Under the pieces are notes generated by a model that was not told the origin of the DNA, searched no databases, and was given only the letters and a program-made list of their open reading frames with translations. Shown one piece after another: positions 23,906 to 37,190 of a DNA stretch of 64,000 nt. The position numbers and the translations under genes are program-made. How positions within the stretch are numbered: position 1 is the first letter of the stretch; the number at the start of each line of letters is the position of its first letter. Origin of the DNA: Negaprion brevirostris (Eukaryota); contig JARDVH010000073.1 of assembly GCA_030324005.1 (NCBI GenBank), forward strand, positions 85,454,379 to 85,518,378, written 5' to 3'.

Positions 23906-26900
23906 GTCTTGGGGGTGGCTGGTGGACAGTGACAAATTGAGAGGCCTCATCCAGATTAGCAACTATGGGGATCCTCACTTGGGGATGGTTTTTCCATTCT
24001 CCACACCTCCGACAATGCTGTCTCTTTCCCACAATGCTGGAAAGGAACCAGGAATTTCCAAAAGGTCAGCTAAGAGAGCAGGTTGGGGGGAGGAGGAGTG
24101 AAAGTTGTAGCTGAGAGTTGGTATTGAGAGGTTTTCTGAGATGTATACTATTCGGGTGTTTGGAACTGTAAGGGTTGCTGTGGGGCTGGGGGAAAACTTT
24201 GGCCCACATTATGATAGCGAGAGTCACATGGGAATAGTAGAGTAGTAAGTCAGGTGGAGCTTGGCATGAAAATAGCACTAAGCCAGAACTGTATACTTTA
24301 TGTAAGTAGTTTTGTGTTATTAGTAAACAGTTACCTCTCCATAATACAACACAAAAGCTTACAAAAATGATGATTCAGGGTGCTATGGTGCTGGGGTGCT
24401 TTGATACTTCAGCAGATTCACTTAGAGCTGTGCTGCTGATCTGGCCTTACATCTGCTCAGCCAAGCTTGAAGTAAATCCCTGTATAAAACAGCCCAAGTC
24501 TGTGCTGATCCCATTGCTGTGGAGAATCATGCCGAAGTGCAGACAGGGTGAAAATGGCAATTGCCAGACTAGTACATGCGTGCATGTGTCCACACTTCCT
24601 CAGTGACCCTAAGGTGCAACAGCAGTTTACATTGCGTCATTCGCTGCTTCCCATAAAGGAAGATTCAGGCCATTCATTCTGTGTTTCTCTCTCCACAGTT
24701 GTTGCCTGACCTACTGGGAGTTATCAACATTTCCTAGTCAACAATTCCAAAAGATTTTTATTTATATTCCCTTCTGTCAACACATCAAAAATGTATTCTG
24801 CTGGGCACTATAGTTTCCAAGAATTTAATAAGATAGGACTAGATCACCACCATTATTATTTCCTATAATGTAAACTGAAATTCTTTTGAGAATGCTAACA
24901 AATTGATTTCCATGCCATTTCGAAACATTGCAAACACAGAGGTGGATAATATACTTATCAAGCATGAATTTCTTTATAATTCCTTGCAACTGTGAGATAA
25001 ATGGGCACATGTAGAATCCCANNNNNNNNNNNNNNNNNNNNNNNNNNNNNNNNNNNNNNNNNNNNNNNNNNNNNNNNNNNNNNNNNNNNNNNNNNNNNNN
25101 NNNNTGACCTTTCCTCAGAGACCATTAGAGCCTTGGAAAGCAATGCACTGTAACAGAACCTCCCCCCAAATCCAAGCCATGAAGACAGAGTCATGTTCTT
25201 TAAGAGTCACTGTAAGCAGTATTCTTCTTTAGAAACATAACAACAATTACTTCACTTCTGAGAAGCAGAAAACAAGTCTGCCTAAAAAATGCATCAGACC
25301 CAGTTTGCTAGGTGGTAACGTGTATGTGCTCCCGCAGAAGCTGGGTGAGGGGCTGCAACTAAATGGAACTAATTCACAGAATTGTTACAGCGCAGAAAGA
25401 GGCCATTTGGCCCATCACGTCTGCCCAGTAAACACCAGGGTCCGCAGGAGATGTTTAAAATTATGTAGAGTGCTGGCAAGACCTGGGAACAGATGTGGGA
25501 GAAGATAATACACTTCAGTGAACTCGGCAAGATGAAACTACCCAACAGCACCACAAACTGCAGGCCGCTCAGTGTTGGCTGTCTATCGCAGAAAGGCACA
25601 ATTTTAGACTGCAATGTAAATCCTCTTCACATTCCCATCTTCCAAGGATTTCATACATCAAACAAATGGGACACAAGAACTCAAAAAACTTCCCGAAAGC
25701 CAAAATGGGTTTGAGATTGGCAGGTCTGTTAGCCATCGGTAACCCATTGCACTCTGGAAACAATACCAGTGTGACTTGGTTAAACAGCTGTGTCAGTCTA
25801 CAAGGATGCGACCATGCTGACCACTGCTGTCTATCTGATACATGTTCCACAGCTCATTAGGCGACATTGGACCAAAGGGATAAGAGATGAGGGCAGAGAT
25901 AGCCTTGCCAACCACTGGCAATGCAATTTACGTTTCAAATTGGCTTCAGGTATCTTTGCTGCAGATGGCAAGGCTCTGCAACTGGTTCCCCACAGAGCAA
26001 GCTGAAGCAGTTGTCCAGGGTCTTTGGCTGTCGGGTGTGCCAAGGTCTGCACGGTCTGATGCGTACTCACCAGCTGGTCATTCTTTCTTTCATTTTACGT
26101 TGCTCAAACATAAAATGCTGAATTTCAGACACTTCAAAAACAAGCTTACCTTCAGGATTAATTAAAGTGTCCAGTTCTTCTTCTTCAAAAATAAACATAA
26201 TTTCACAATTACAGAGTGAGGGGTCTGGCAGTGGCGAGATCCATTAAAATACTTCACTAGAAATATTATAAAGATTGCAATGTTGAAATGTTCAGCCACA
26301 CAGCTTTCTTTGCTCCCTCTGAAGTGGACATCTAAGGAAGAAAATTAGCAAACCAGGGAGAACTCTCATGGAAGTTTTCATGTTGTTGAACTACACCAAA
26401 CCTGGCCTTGGAGGCCAAGTCACGGAATGGGTTCAAACATTCTGGCACACAGAATGGAACAGACTGCAGAAGTACAGCTCAGAAATGGGAAAAGGGCCAG
26501 CTCTCCCCATTGAACCATCCTCTGTAATGTTTTGCATCTAATTCCCTGGTGTATATTTCAGCTGTATCTACCCCAAAGTACAAACTACAATTACAGTGCT
26601 TCTACATTCTTATTCCTCCCCACTCTACCAGCTTCTACTGTTGTCGTTAGGAATTCCTGTAAGGAAACCGCACAGTTGATTTTAAACATTTAGAAGTGAA
26701 AAAGCTGAGATACGTAGAAAATGACATTTCCCAAATGTTCCTGTTAATCCTCAATCTGCTGAAATCTCAATCTTAAAATTGAAATTGTGTAATGCTGAAA
26801 TTTAATCTCCTGTTTGTGGAATGGACAAAAGCACTTTCGCCGTTTCCCTCTGTAAAGCAAGGATTATCCAGAAAACACTCAGAAACAAAATGAGGAGTTT

Positions 26901-27089
26901 TATCAATATAAATGTCAGACAAGAGCCTCCACAAGTAGAGATGTATTTCAAGATATATATAAATTGTTTCTTAACCTTGTGGTGGTGCTGCCTACATATT
27001 GGGAAACGACAGTAAGTATACTGAAGCTTTTTTGTAAAATGGGTTCTTGCAAACAATGCACACAGATACTCAGCCTCGGTTCAAACATG

Positions 27090-28275
27090 GACAAAATAGC
27101 TGCACTCCAGAGCTGAGGTGAAAGTGACTGCCCTTGACACCAAGGCAGTATCTGATGGAATGTGGCATCAAGGGTCCCTAGCAAAACTGGAGTCAATGTG
27201 ATCAAGGAGGAAAAACTCACTGCTGGTTAGAGTCATACTGAGCACAAAGGAAGATGGTTGTGGTTGTTTGAAGTCAATTACCTCAGCTTCAGGATATCAC
27301 TGTAGGAGTCCCTCAGGGTAGTGTCCTAGGCCCAACCATCTTCAGCTGCTTCATCATTGACTTTCTTTCCATCATAAGGTCAGAAGTGGGAACAGTTGCT
27401 GATGATTGGACAATATACAGTACCGAATGCAACTCCTCAGATACTGAAGCTGGCCATGTCCAAATGCAACAAGACTTAGACAATATCCAGGCTTGGGCTG
27501 ACAAGTGGCAAGTAACATTCATGCCACACAAGTGCCAGGCAACAATCATCTCCAAAAGAGAGAATGTAGCCACTGCCCCTTGGCATTCAATGGCATTACC
27601 ATAACTGAATTCTAATTATCAACGTTCTGGGGTTTACCAATGATCATAAACTTAACTGGACCAGCTTTATAAATACCATGGCTACAAGAGCATACCAGAG
27701 GCTGGAAATCCTGCAGAGAATAACTCACCTCCTGACTCTTCAAAGCCTGCGCACCGTCTACAAGGCAAAGTCAGGAGTATGACAGAATACTCTCCATTTG
27801 CTTGGATGAATGCAGATCCAAAGACGCTCAAGAAGCTCAACATCATCCAGGACAAAGCAGCTCAGTTGATTGAACCCCTTTCACAAACATTCACTCACTC
27901 CACCACCGACACACATTAGCAGCCGTGTGTACATTTACACGGTGCACTACAGAAAATCATCAAGGATCCTGAGACAGCATATTTCAAACCCTTGACCGCA
28001 ACCATCTAGAAAGGGACAGCAGACACTTCAGAATGTTACCACCTGGAAATTCCCCTCCAAACCACTCACCAGCCTCACTTGGAAATATATCTCCAGTCCT
28101 TCACTGTTGCTGGGTCAAAATCTCGGAACTCCTTCCCAAATAGCAGTGTGTGAAACTACACCACATGGAATGCAACAGTTCAAGAAGGTAACTCCCCACC
28201 ACCTTCTCAAGGGCAATTATATAGGAAATGAATGCTGATCTAGCTGGAAATGTCCCGGTCCCATGAATGAATGAA
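27090..28275 (+). mobile_element. CR1-like LINE (second lineage): RT C-terminus to 3' end
   Basis: GVPQGSVLGPTIFSCFI..VADD..QQDLDNIQAWADKWQVTF..KCQ; tail cccatgaatgaatgaaa. Confidence 0.92.
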
Positions 28276-29238
28276 AGAAGTTCTTCCAGGAGGTGGACCT
28301 TTAGGCTGTAGGAATGAAGAGGTTAGGTGGNNNNNNNNNNNNNNNNNNNNNNNNNNNNNNNNNNNNNNNNNNNNACATGTGATGTGAGGGTGTGAATGGT
28401 CATATGGGGGTTGTGCAAGTGTGAATGTACATGAGGGGGTTGCAGGTGTGAGCGGGCATGGGGGTGTGTGCAGGTGTGAATAACAGCGTTCTTTCTTTCT
28501 GGCGATGTCAGATGTTCAGGTGATCCCTGCTAGCATGATGTCACAGCAGTGGGAATCACTACTGCTTTGCACCCTCTGCAAGATGAGGTGCAGAGGCCAG
28601 TGTGACCCCCGGGGTAGTCAGCAACATGGCAGGTGTCCTGGCACTGCCCCAGCACCTTTGGCTACCTCATTTATGGAATGAAGTTAAGAAATTCCTGGTG
28701 TCAGTTGGAACGAACGAACACAGGAATTGGGAGATGGGATACACAATTCAGCCCCTTGAGCCTGCTCCGCCACTCAATACAATCATAGCTAATCTCATCT
28801 GGGCCTCAGCTCTACTTTCCTGCCCATTCTCCATAACCCTTCAAATCCATAACTAATTAAAACCCGATCTCATCCTTAAATTTGTTTAATGGTCCAGCAT
28901 CCACCACACTCTGGGGTACTGCCCCAGCACCTTGGCAGTGCCAGCCAGGGGGAGGGGTGATGAGGGGGTGGGGGGGTAGTTAGCCGACAGCAATGAAAGG
29001 ATGAGGGGGGAAATTGTTAGTTACAGTGAAGAGAGTCCCATCTCTTAATGCTGAAATTGGGGACACCCTTCAGAAACAGTACCCCGGCTCTGTGGAGCGA
29101 GACCTGCTGGTGTCTTTAGGTCCTGCCCCTCAAGAATGACAGCACAAAACATGTCCCCCTGCTCTTTTTTTAAACTTAGTTTCAGAAGATACAAGTCAGA
29201 ATTCTCTGACCATTGATGCTGGCAGGATTCTCTGAGGT

Positions 29239-29500
29239 TTGTTAAGATCTAGGCCAGAAACTCCTAAGTGTTTTACGAAGTCAGCCTAGACCCTCAGTTT
29301 TACATTTGATTTTGGCATTGATGACCACAAGGTGTTTCACTCCAGGTATGATCCAAGTGACCCACTAGGAAGCTTTTAACAAACAAAGTTTATTTAAGAA
29401 CACAGTTAGTCTATAACAAAAGGATTTAGCATAACATTTACCAATTACAAGAACAGTATAAACCTTAACAGCCAGCTATCTATGTTGTTCAATAGCAACA
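29239..29500 (-). mobile_element. LTR-like fragment (3' end)
   Basis: Starts tgttaagatc (AACA on the minus strand) with a minus-strand AATAAA at ~29390. Confidence 0.4.
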
Positions 29501-30924
29501 AAAACAATCAGATTTCATAGAAAGGCCATTTGGCCCACCAGGTCTGTGCCAGCCAAAACAAGAGCCTAATCTTACAGATAACAACTGCAGCCTATGCAAT
29601 CTTTCATCANNNNNNNNNNNNNNNNNNNNNNNNNNNNNCTGTAACTCTCCCCTGAACACACTCTGCAGCAATGATAATTATCCTATAATCTGATGGTCGA
29701 AAGAGCAAATGATACTCTGGCTGCAACTTAATTAGCATTTTGTACCTAAATATGGTGCAATTACTAAATTCCTCAAAAATGACATGTGGTCCAATAGTTG
29801 CACAAGTGCGGGTTGCTGAAGAATTTGCAGATCCAATATTTACACTGGTTACAATAACAAATGAACAAAGACAACTCTGGTCCCAGTGTTAAAATGAGGT
29901 TGGAGGTGAAAGAACCATTTTAACAGTGTTCTATAGCCCCACCATAATTGTTAATATTCAATGTGCAAATCACATCTTCTTGTATTTTTGAACTATTTGA
30001 TAACCTGGGATAAGCTCCAAGGTTTAGAGGTGTGATTTTTCACACAGATGCGACCAGCGTATAAGATTCACAGCACAGAAGCAGGATTCCTCAGACATCA
30101 GGAGAATGATTCAACTTTCAGCACTACACAGGAGTACAAAATTGACACTGCTATTTGCTGAAACTAGAGGCAATATTATAATGTGAAATCCGAACAAGTA
30201 ATTTCAGTCACAGAGCCCGTGACAAAACCGAAATGGCAGAAGCCATCGCACAATTAAACATTAACACAGGCTGAATCAATTCCTCACAATGAAACAGCAC
30301 GGTTATGCTGTTGCGAAGGTGACAGATGAGATGAACTGTCACACACTATTGAATCCTTAATTAGACCAAATGTTCAACATTTAAAGTTAGCGTCAGTATT
30401 TCCCTACAGCGGAAGAAACTGTCAAAAGTAAAACAAGTTGACGCATTTGTCTCAAATCGTGCATGACCTTTTGTTCCATAGCTAGAAATTGAATGGCATT
30501 CAAAAGAGTCAAATATTGATCATATAGCATATTTCATTCTGCAATGGTCATTCACAAATTCATCAATTTGAGTATTGCCTCCAAGGTCAGGGTTCTAATT
30601 GTGGAATGATACGAATCCAGAGAACAGCAGAATGAATGTTAATGTATTCCTTGTATGCCATGTGTTCATTAAAAGCTTGTCAAAGTAACTTGTCAAATAA
30701 TGGTTGGCTTGGGTGAAATACAGATGTATGCTGTGGTTCTGAATTAGTCTGAGCTCAGTATAAATAACAATGCCAGGGGTACAAGAAGTACAAATCAAGT
30801 GTAGCTCAACATGATCGAAATTAAAAATATCTATTACATGAGTTACTTTTCCCTTGCAAATATGACCAATGTGACATCAGAAAGAGCTGACTGCACATGA
30901 GGAAACCAATTAAAACAAGCAATA

Positions 30925-31910
30925 GAATCACAGGATTGTTACAGTCCACAAGGAGGCCATTTGGCCCACCATGTCTGTGTCAGCTCTCCTTAGGGGCAAT
31001 TTACCGTGTGCCGTTCTCCACGTACACTTGTACGTGTTTCCTTTTTAGAAAATAATCTGAATTCTTCTTGAATGCCTCGATTAAACCTGCTCACACCACA
31101 AATTCAGGCAGTCCATTCCAGAGCCTAACCAGTGGCTATGTGAAATAATAGTTCCTCATGTTACCATTGCTCTTTTGCCAATTACTTCAAATCTCAATCC
31201 TACCATGTGTAGAAACAACCTTTCCCCATTTATTCTGTCCAGATGCCTAGTGATTTTCAGACCTTCTATCAAATCACACCCTCTCAATCTTCAATGTTAG
31301 TAATATGAAATTTCTAAGGTTATCATTAAATCATGCATTGAAACATCAGCCTGGAGTTTCATCCTCAAGGCAAGTAGGGGGATTCGGGAAAATTCCCAGG
31401 TTAACTGGCCAAGCTAAATTGCCACTTAGTATCAGGAGAACCAGCAAGTTAAATACATGGGGCTATGGGGATAGGGACTGGGTGGGATTGTGGTATGCAG
31501 ACGCAATGGACCGAATGACCTCTTCCTGCACTGGAGGGATTCTATGACCTCCTCTGGCAAGGCATTCCAGGAACCCACCGCACATCTCCCTTAAACTTTC
31601 ACCCTCTCACCTTGAAACTGTGCCCCCTTGTATTTGATGTTTCCATCCTGGGAAAAAGCCTCTGACTATCCACCCTGTCTATGCCTCTCATAATTTTGTA
31701 GACCCCTGTCAGGTCTCCCCTCAGCCTCCATCTTCACAGTGAAAACAATCCCAGTTTATTCAACCTCTCCTCAGAGCCAATGCCCTCGAGAGCAGGCAAC
31801 ATCTTGGTGTACTTAGTAGCATTCTCTCCAAAGCTTCCATGTCCTTCTGGTAGTGTGGTGACCAGAACTGCCAGCAGTACTCCAAATGCAGCCTAACCAA
31901 TGTTTTATAT
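30925..31910 (-). mobile_element. Two CR1 3' fragments (30925-31290, 31550-31910) flanking an HE1 3' half (31395-31548, +)
   Basis: CR1 tails gaatcacag..ggccatttggccc; reverse complement of LEYCWQFWSP at ~31855-31885; SINE tail gggattctatg. Confidence 0.75.
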
Positions 31911-32289
31911 ATCAAATGCGTGAAAAACCAAAAACTCTACCCCTAATATCTGATATTCCTCCCTCCTCTAATCATTTAGCCATCACGCATTTTTCCGCTG
32001 TGAATATGATTTCAGTTCTTATAGGTCAATACTTGAAAGGCAAGGCAGCTTTTGTCAGCCTGTGAAAGGGAAAAGGATGGGTTAATACTAGGTGTGACAT
32101 TTCATCAGAATTCAGATCGGCAGTTTTGTTTTGATGATATTGACTCAGCCTTATCCTTCTGAAGCTACTTGCAAATAAAGATTGTTTATTTAAAATATTT
32201 AAATCAGCTTTCCGTTAATCCAGGTAATCCCCTGTCTGCTGCAGAGTGCCACAGGACAGATGGGATAGGACATCAGTTTTATCTCGTCT

Positions 32290-32560
32290 GTGTAGGATGT
32301 GCTGCCAGTTAGGATTATTGCTGATCGCAGCATCTTCCAAACTTGTGACCTCTACCATCTCGAAGGACAGGACAGCAGACAATTTGGAACACCACAAGCT
32401 ACAAGTGCACCTCCATACCCGATATTATCTTGACTTGGAACAATATCATCTTCCCGTCACTGTTACAGCACCAAAACCCTCAAACTCCCTTCCTGACAGA
32501 ACTGTGGGTGCACCTATACTACATGGACTGCAGCGGTTCAAGAAGGCAGCTCACCACCAA
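32290..32560 (+). mobile_element. CR1-like LINE 3' fragment
   Basis: Homologous to 27950-28210 (ggactgcagcggttcaagaaggcagctcaccacca). Confidence 0.7.
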
Positions 32561-33011
32561 TTTAAACAGTTCAATTTCACTCTCTGGACCAGAGATGTTG
32601 TTTGGTTGTTACTAACAATTATCATGGCATTACAAGGGTTTGTTAATTACGAGACTGAAAGGATAGGGTAAGCAAAGTAGACTAATTTCAGTTATTGAGG
32701 AATTAACAATGAAGTTTTGGAAAAGGAGAAGATCAGAGAGTGGAGAAGCTGTTACATTCTTGAATGTTTGAAGCGGAAATGTTGTGCCAGACTTTGCTGA
32801 AATAGGGCACCTTGCAGTGTGCCCACCTTGTTAACTTTTCTTCTGCACCTTCCCATTCAAAAATTTTTTCGCTGTAAATTCCTGGAAGTGTGAGGTGGTA
32901 ATGGTGCATGAGGGAAACAGAGCATCTAGATGAATGATGACATCAACAGCTTATCTCCTTAACTGCTGAGGAGCAAGGATTGAGTAATAAGAGAGGAAGG
33001 GCAGAGTAGAT

Positions 33012-33295
33012 GGGTGACAGAGTGATTAGCACTGCCACCTCACAGTGTCAGGGACCCGGGTTCAATTCTGGCCTTGAGTGACAGTCTACGTGGAATTCTC
33101 CCCGTGTCTGCATGGGTTTCCTCCCACAATCCAAAGATGTGTAGGTGCCCCATAGTGTCGCAAGATATGCCAGTTAGATGGATTAGCCATGGTAAATGTG
33201 TGGGATTATGGGGGAGAAGGTCAGGGTAAATTAGCCAGTGCAGGCTTGATGGGCTGAATGGCTTCCTTCTGCATTATAGGGATTCTAAGATTCTA
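33012..33295 (+). mobile_element. HE1/V-SINE
   Basis: Head, V-domain and gggattcta tail. Confidence 0.82.
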
Positions 33296-34519
33296 TTCCA
33301 GAAAAGTGAACTTCAGTGTGTAAATGCAATATCAAATCAATTATAGGAAGAGAAATATCTATGGAGGAAAAGAAAAATAGGATGAAGTGGGAAAGAAAAG
33401 AGATAGGGTAAAAAAAATCAAATTATTAACATGATGAATAATTTTTTTAAAATTCCAAGATCAATTTGCATTTGTAGAGATGAGACTTCATGTTTAAATT
33501 GTTCACTCTCTGGGCTGGTATTGGTTGGTTGGCTGGTATCAACAATTTTCATGATGTATAAAGGATATTGATATTGTTGATTATTTAATTTTGTGACAAG
33601 TTTACTGCTCAACTGATGTGCAAATGTGACAGCTTCTTGAACATCACAAGGTGGTTAAGGACAAGATGTCAGCTTAACAGAATAATTATCCAAACACTTG
33701 TGCAATCTGCAGTTCACAGGGTCTCTCCTCCTTACCATAAATTGCTGATCGAATTGCATATTAATAATGGCATGTATTGCTCACGTGTCATTATGTTTTC
33801 AACCAATTCTGACCCAATCTCAACATTCATGATTAAACAGGTTAGGTACATGAGATAATATTGGGACAGGGTGGGTAAATGCAATTCAGGTTGTTCATAT
33901 GAAAGGTAAGTGATCTGCTTCCCTGTTGTACTTCTATGTATATCTGGAAACCTTTGATAACAGATTACCCTTGGCTGAAAAAGGCACCAAAGATGCACTG
34001 AATAAAATTCTGGAAATAATTCCCCTTGGTTGATATTTCAGTTAAAGCGCAATTTGTTACCAATTATCTAATCAATCGGGATCAATTGCAACAATATGGT
34101 AGTTATTTGAGTTTAATCAGAGTTCAAGATGGAATTTAACACATGAGTAATACTACAAAAAGGTAAAACCATGAACATTAATGAGTACCAGTTCAGGTCA
34201 GGCAGGACAGCTGGCCTCCGTGAACAGTTCCTTCCACTTTTATCTTCTTGGTAGCTCACATCTTCATGATTTTCCAACTTCCTAAGAGTTAGTATGAAAC
34301 TGCCCTCAGAGGTTTTGCTGCACTGCCTACTGCACGGAGGCCCCCTAGTCTCTTCCCTCAAATTAAATATTGCAGATACTGCCCCATCTATATTACCTTT
34401 GGCTATGTAAGACTAAATCTGTCATTCAAATGCTCCTCCCTTCCACTCTATCACCGACCCTCCTCTAGTCTTTATCTTATCGACCATTGTCGAAAACCTA
34501 TTACATCTCTAACTCTTCC

Positions 34520-34620
34520 TAATTCTGATGAAGTGTCATTGACCTGAACCACTAGCTCTGCTTCTCTCTCCACAGATGCTCCCTGTCCTGCTGAGTATTT
34601 CCGTAATTTTCTGTTTTTCT
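34520..34620 (+). mobile_element. Penelope-like terminus with hammerhead relic
   Basis: ttctgatgaagtgtcattgacctgaacc..ctctccacagatgct..ctgctgagtattt. Confidence 0.65.
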
Positions 34621-35344
34621 TTCTTTTACTTCATACGCTTTTCAGGAATGAGCCTGGATGGATTTTGATCAGACCTTTTTGCCATACAGCAGTTTGTGTT
34701 TTTTAACAAAGTAATAAATTAAATATTGTTTTCTTTGTCTAAACCATGGGGTAAACACCCACCTTTAGTGTTATTACAACTTCACACGTAACTGCCTCAT
34801 TGATCAATCAAGCTGTAAATCATCTTTTCCTTAACTCATCCCATGTTATTTCCCCTAATCAGTTTCATTCTCCAAATAAATGTCCCACCTCTGGACTTTA
34901 AAGCTGAAGTTTCATTAATTGTACCTATTCCATTGTTATTTATGTCTAAAGTGTCTCACTGGCGCTGTTAACAGATTGTGCATAATGTCCATTCAGTGTA
35001 ATTGTCCTTATGTTAAATCAAACTATTGATCCATAGGGTTGTTCATTATAAGAAACTTCGAAACTTGCACACATTGATGAACCTTTGCAGCAAGATCTTA
35101 CTTAAACAAGATGAGCTTCAAATCCTAACAGCTTCGAAGCATTTCTGTTTTGTTTTAAGCTTGTAGTTGTCTCTCCTCCCACATCCATCTTTGCATCTGA
35201 CTAAAGCCCCTTTTCAGGCAAGCATTTATTATTCTTATAATGTTATATTAATTAGCATTAATCAATAATTATTCCACTGACTTGTTTCTAAAGAAATAAT
35301 ACTTTCTAAATACACGAAACTAGGTTCTTGCTTAATCAGACGAT

Positions 35345-35467
35345 CAGGGATTATGGGGAAAAGGCAAGAGAATAGGAATGAGAAAAATATTAGCCATGAT
35401 TGAATGGCGGAGCAGACTCAATGGGCCAAGTGGCCTAATTCTGCTCCTACGTCTTATGGTCTTATGA
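35345..35467 (+). mobile_element. CR1 3' end
   Basis: gccatgattgaatggcggagcagactc..tcttatggtcttatg tail. Confidence 0.8.
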
Positions 35468-35739
35468 AACTTGAAGCATTAACCTATTATTTTACCTCTT
35501 AGAATTAAAGCTTGTTTAATAGTCAAAGCATATTTCTAATTTCTAGTAGGATGCATTCTTGCATACAACCCTGGAAGTCAATGCTTATTTTTCCAGTACT
35601 CTTATCACCTTGTTGTAAACTGCTTTCTTGTGTACTTCAGGTCTTTCTGAACTTGCTAAAATACGAATACAGAGTAAGGATATCTGCAGCTTAGGTTATG
35701 CGTGCCCACATCTCTTTGAATGTTCATAGTATAGAAGTT

Positions 35740-36058
35740 TCATAGAATGCCTACAGTCCAGAATGAGATAATTCGGCCCATCGAGCCTGCACCGATAACA
35801 ATCCCACGTAGACTACAGCCCTGTGACCCCACGTATTTAGTCTGCTAGCCCCCTGATACTAAGGGGCAATTTAGCATGGCCAATCAACCTAACCCACACA
35901 TCTCTGAATGGCAGGAGGAAACTGAAGCACCTGGAGAAAATCCACACAGACATGGGGAGAACGTGCAAACTCTACACAGACAGTGACCCAGGCTGGAACT
36001 GAACCCGGGTTCCTTATGCTGAGTCATCAATGCTGACCACTGTGCCACCATGCTGCCC
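35740..36058 (-). mobile_element. HE1/V-SINE
   Basis: Near full-length copy. Confidence 0.88.
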
Positions 36059-36986
36059 TACTTTGAATCTAACTTTCTGCCTTTAACATTGTGTATGCTT
36101 AGACTCAGGACTATTTTTGAATGACTGTCTTCTTAGAGGCTGTGGGTCAGTTACCACCAGTTTTTCTGTGTTAAGTCATGGATGAGCAACCTAGCTACAG
36201 GAACAAATAAAAATGTTCTTTTTACCCTCAAGCTGTCACTAGATTCAGAATTTTAATAGTGCTTCTGCACCCGATGCTTATGTAAAGGACTTATCCCAGT
36301 GAAAGTCATGACTCAAAGCATGATGTACACAGCAATCAGTGTGGATTATACTTCTATGTTTTATCTTAATCCATTGAAAATTAGTATTACAGTGGGCTGA
36401 TTGAGTACACAAATGACAAACTGTCAAAGCAACCTGCGGGTTTTGGGTTTATTTCGAGCTATAACCCAAGATTGCTTATTCTGCCTCCCTCATAGCCCTA
36501 CAACAATAAATTTCAGAGGAAGAACCTTTCCCAAAGAGCACTATCTATCAACAGAATTAAGAGCTGCTTGATCTAAACCAATGTCTGAGTTCTGAGATTC
36601 CAAAATGAAAATACAGCACGTTAGATTGTGTGGAACATAACCACTTTGCATTACTGGCACAAAGAAGAGGCTGTAAATATTAGAACAGCCCTGCATGCAT
36701 ACATGTCTATTTGAGATATTGTACAAGGTATGTTTCAGCTGTTTTACTGTTTGGCTATTTAAAACATAGTTGTTAATTGCCAATACCAAACTTTCTTGCC
36801 ACTTTATCCATATAATTTTTCAATAGCTGAAGCCCAGAACAAACTCTACCATTCTGTTTCCCTATGATATATGTTGAAAGTTGAGATAAATTCATCTCAA
36901 CTTATTATCTCAACTTTCACACGCAATCTCCCTTAAGGATCCCTTAAGGGATCTTGAAACTTGAGTGGAACGCAGTGCATCTCCAG

Positions 36987-37190
36987 ATGAAGGCAAAATG
37001 CTGCAGATGCTGGAATCTAAAACAAAACAGAAAATGCTGGAGAAACTCAGCAGGTCTGACAGCATCTGTGGAGAGAGAATAGAGGCAACATTTTGAAGGG
37101 TCATCCCAGGTTCAAAATGTTGCCTCTATTCTCTCTTCAGAGGCACTGTCAGACCTGCTGAGATTTTCCAGCATTTTCTGTTTTTGTGTA
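36987..37190. repeat. Fold-back element from inverted Penelope-like termini, with a 9-bp direct-repeat flank
   Basis: ~75-bp arms; inner 26 bp perfect (agagagaatagaggcaacattttgaa / ttcaaaatgttgcctctattctctct); catctccag at 36978-36986 and 37191-37199. Confidence 0.85.

Noticed and set aside
26802-27056. Hydrophobic ORF as possible CTXND1/cortexin (a neighbour of FAH in human)
   Set aside because: Lacks the DPYS..PTSTW and DVDKG motifs; no cortexin ORF was found by eye in the window.
34189-34281. Possible phase-2 exon KLENHEDVSYQEDKSGRNCSRRPAVLPDLNW
   Set aside because: Weak donor (gtactc), branch point too close to the AG, and an unrecognised peptide.
36938-36953. Perfect 16-bp palindrome gatcccttaagggatc
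   Set aside because: Explained by a small local duplication of ccttaagg(g)atc; no further support for function.
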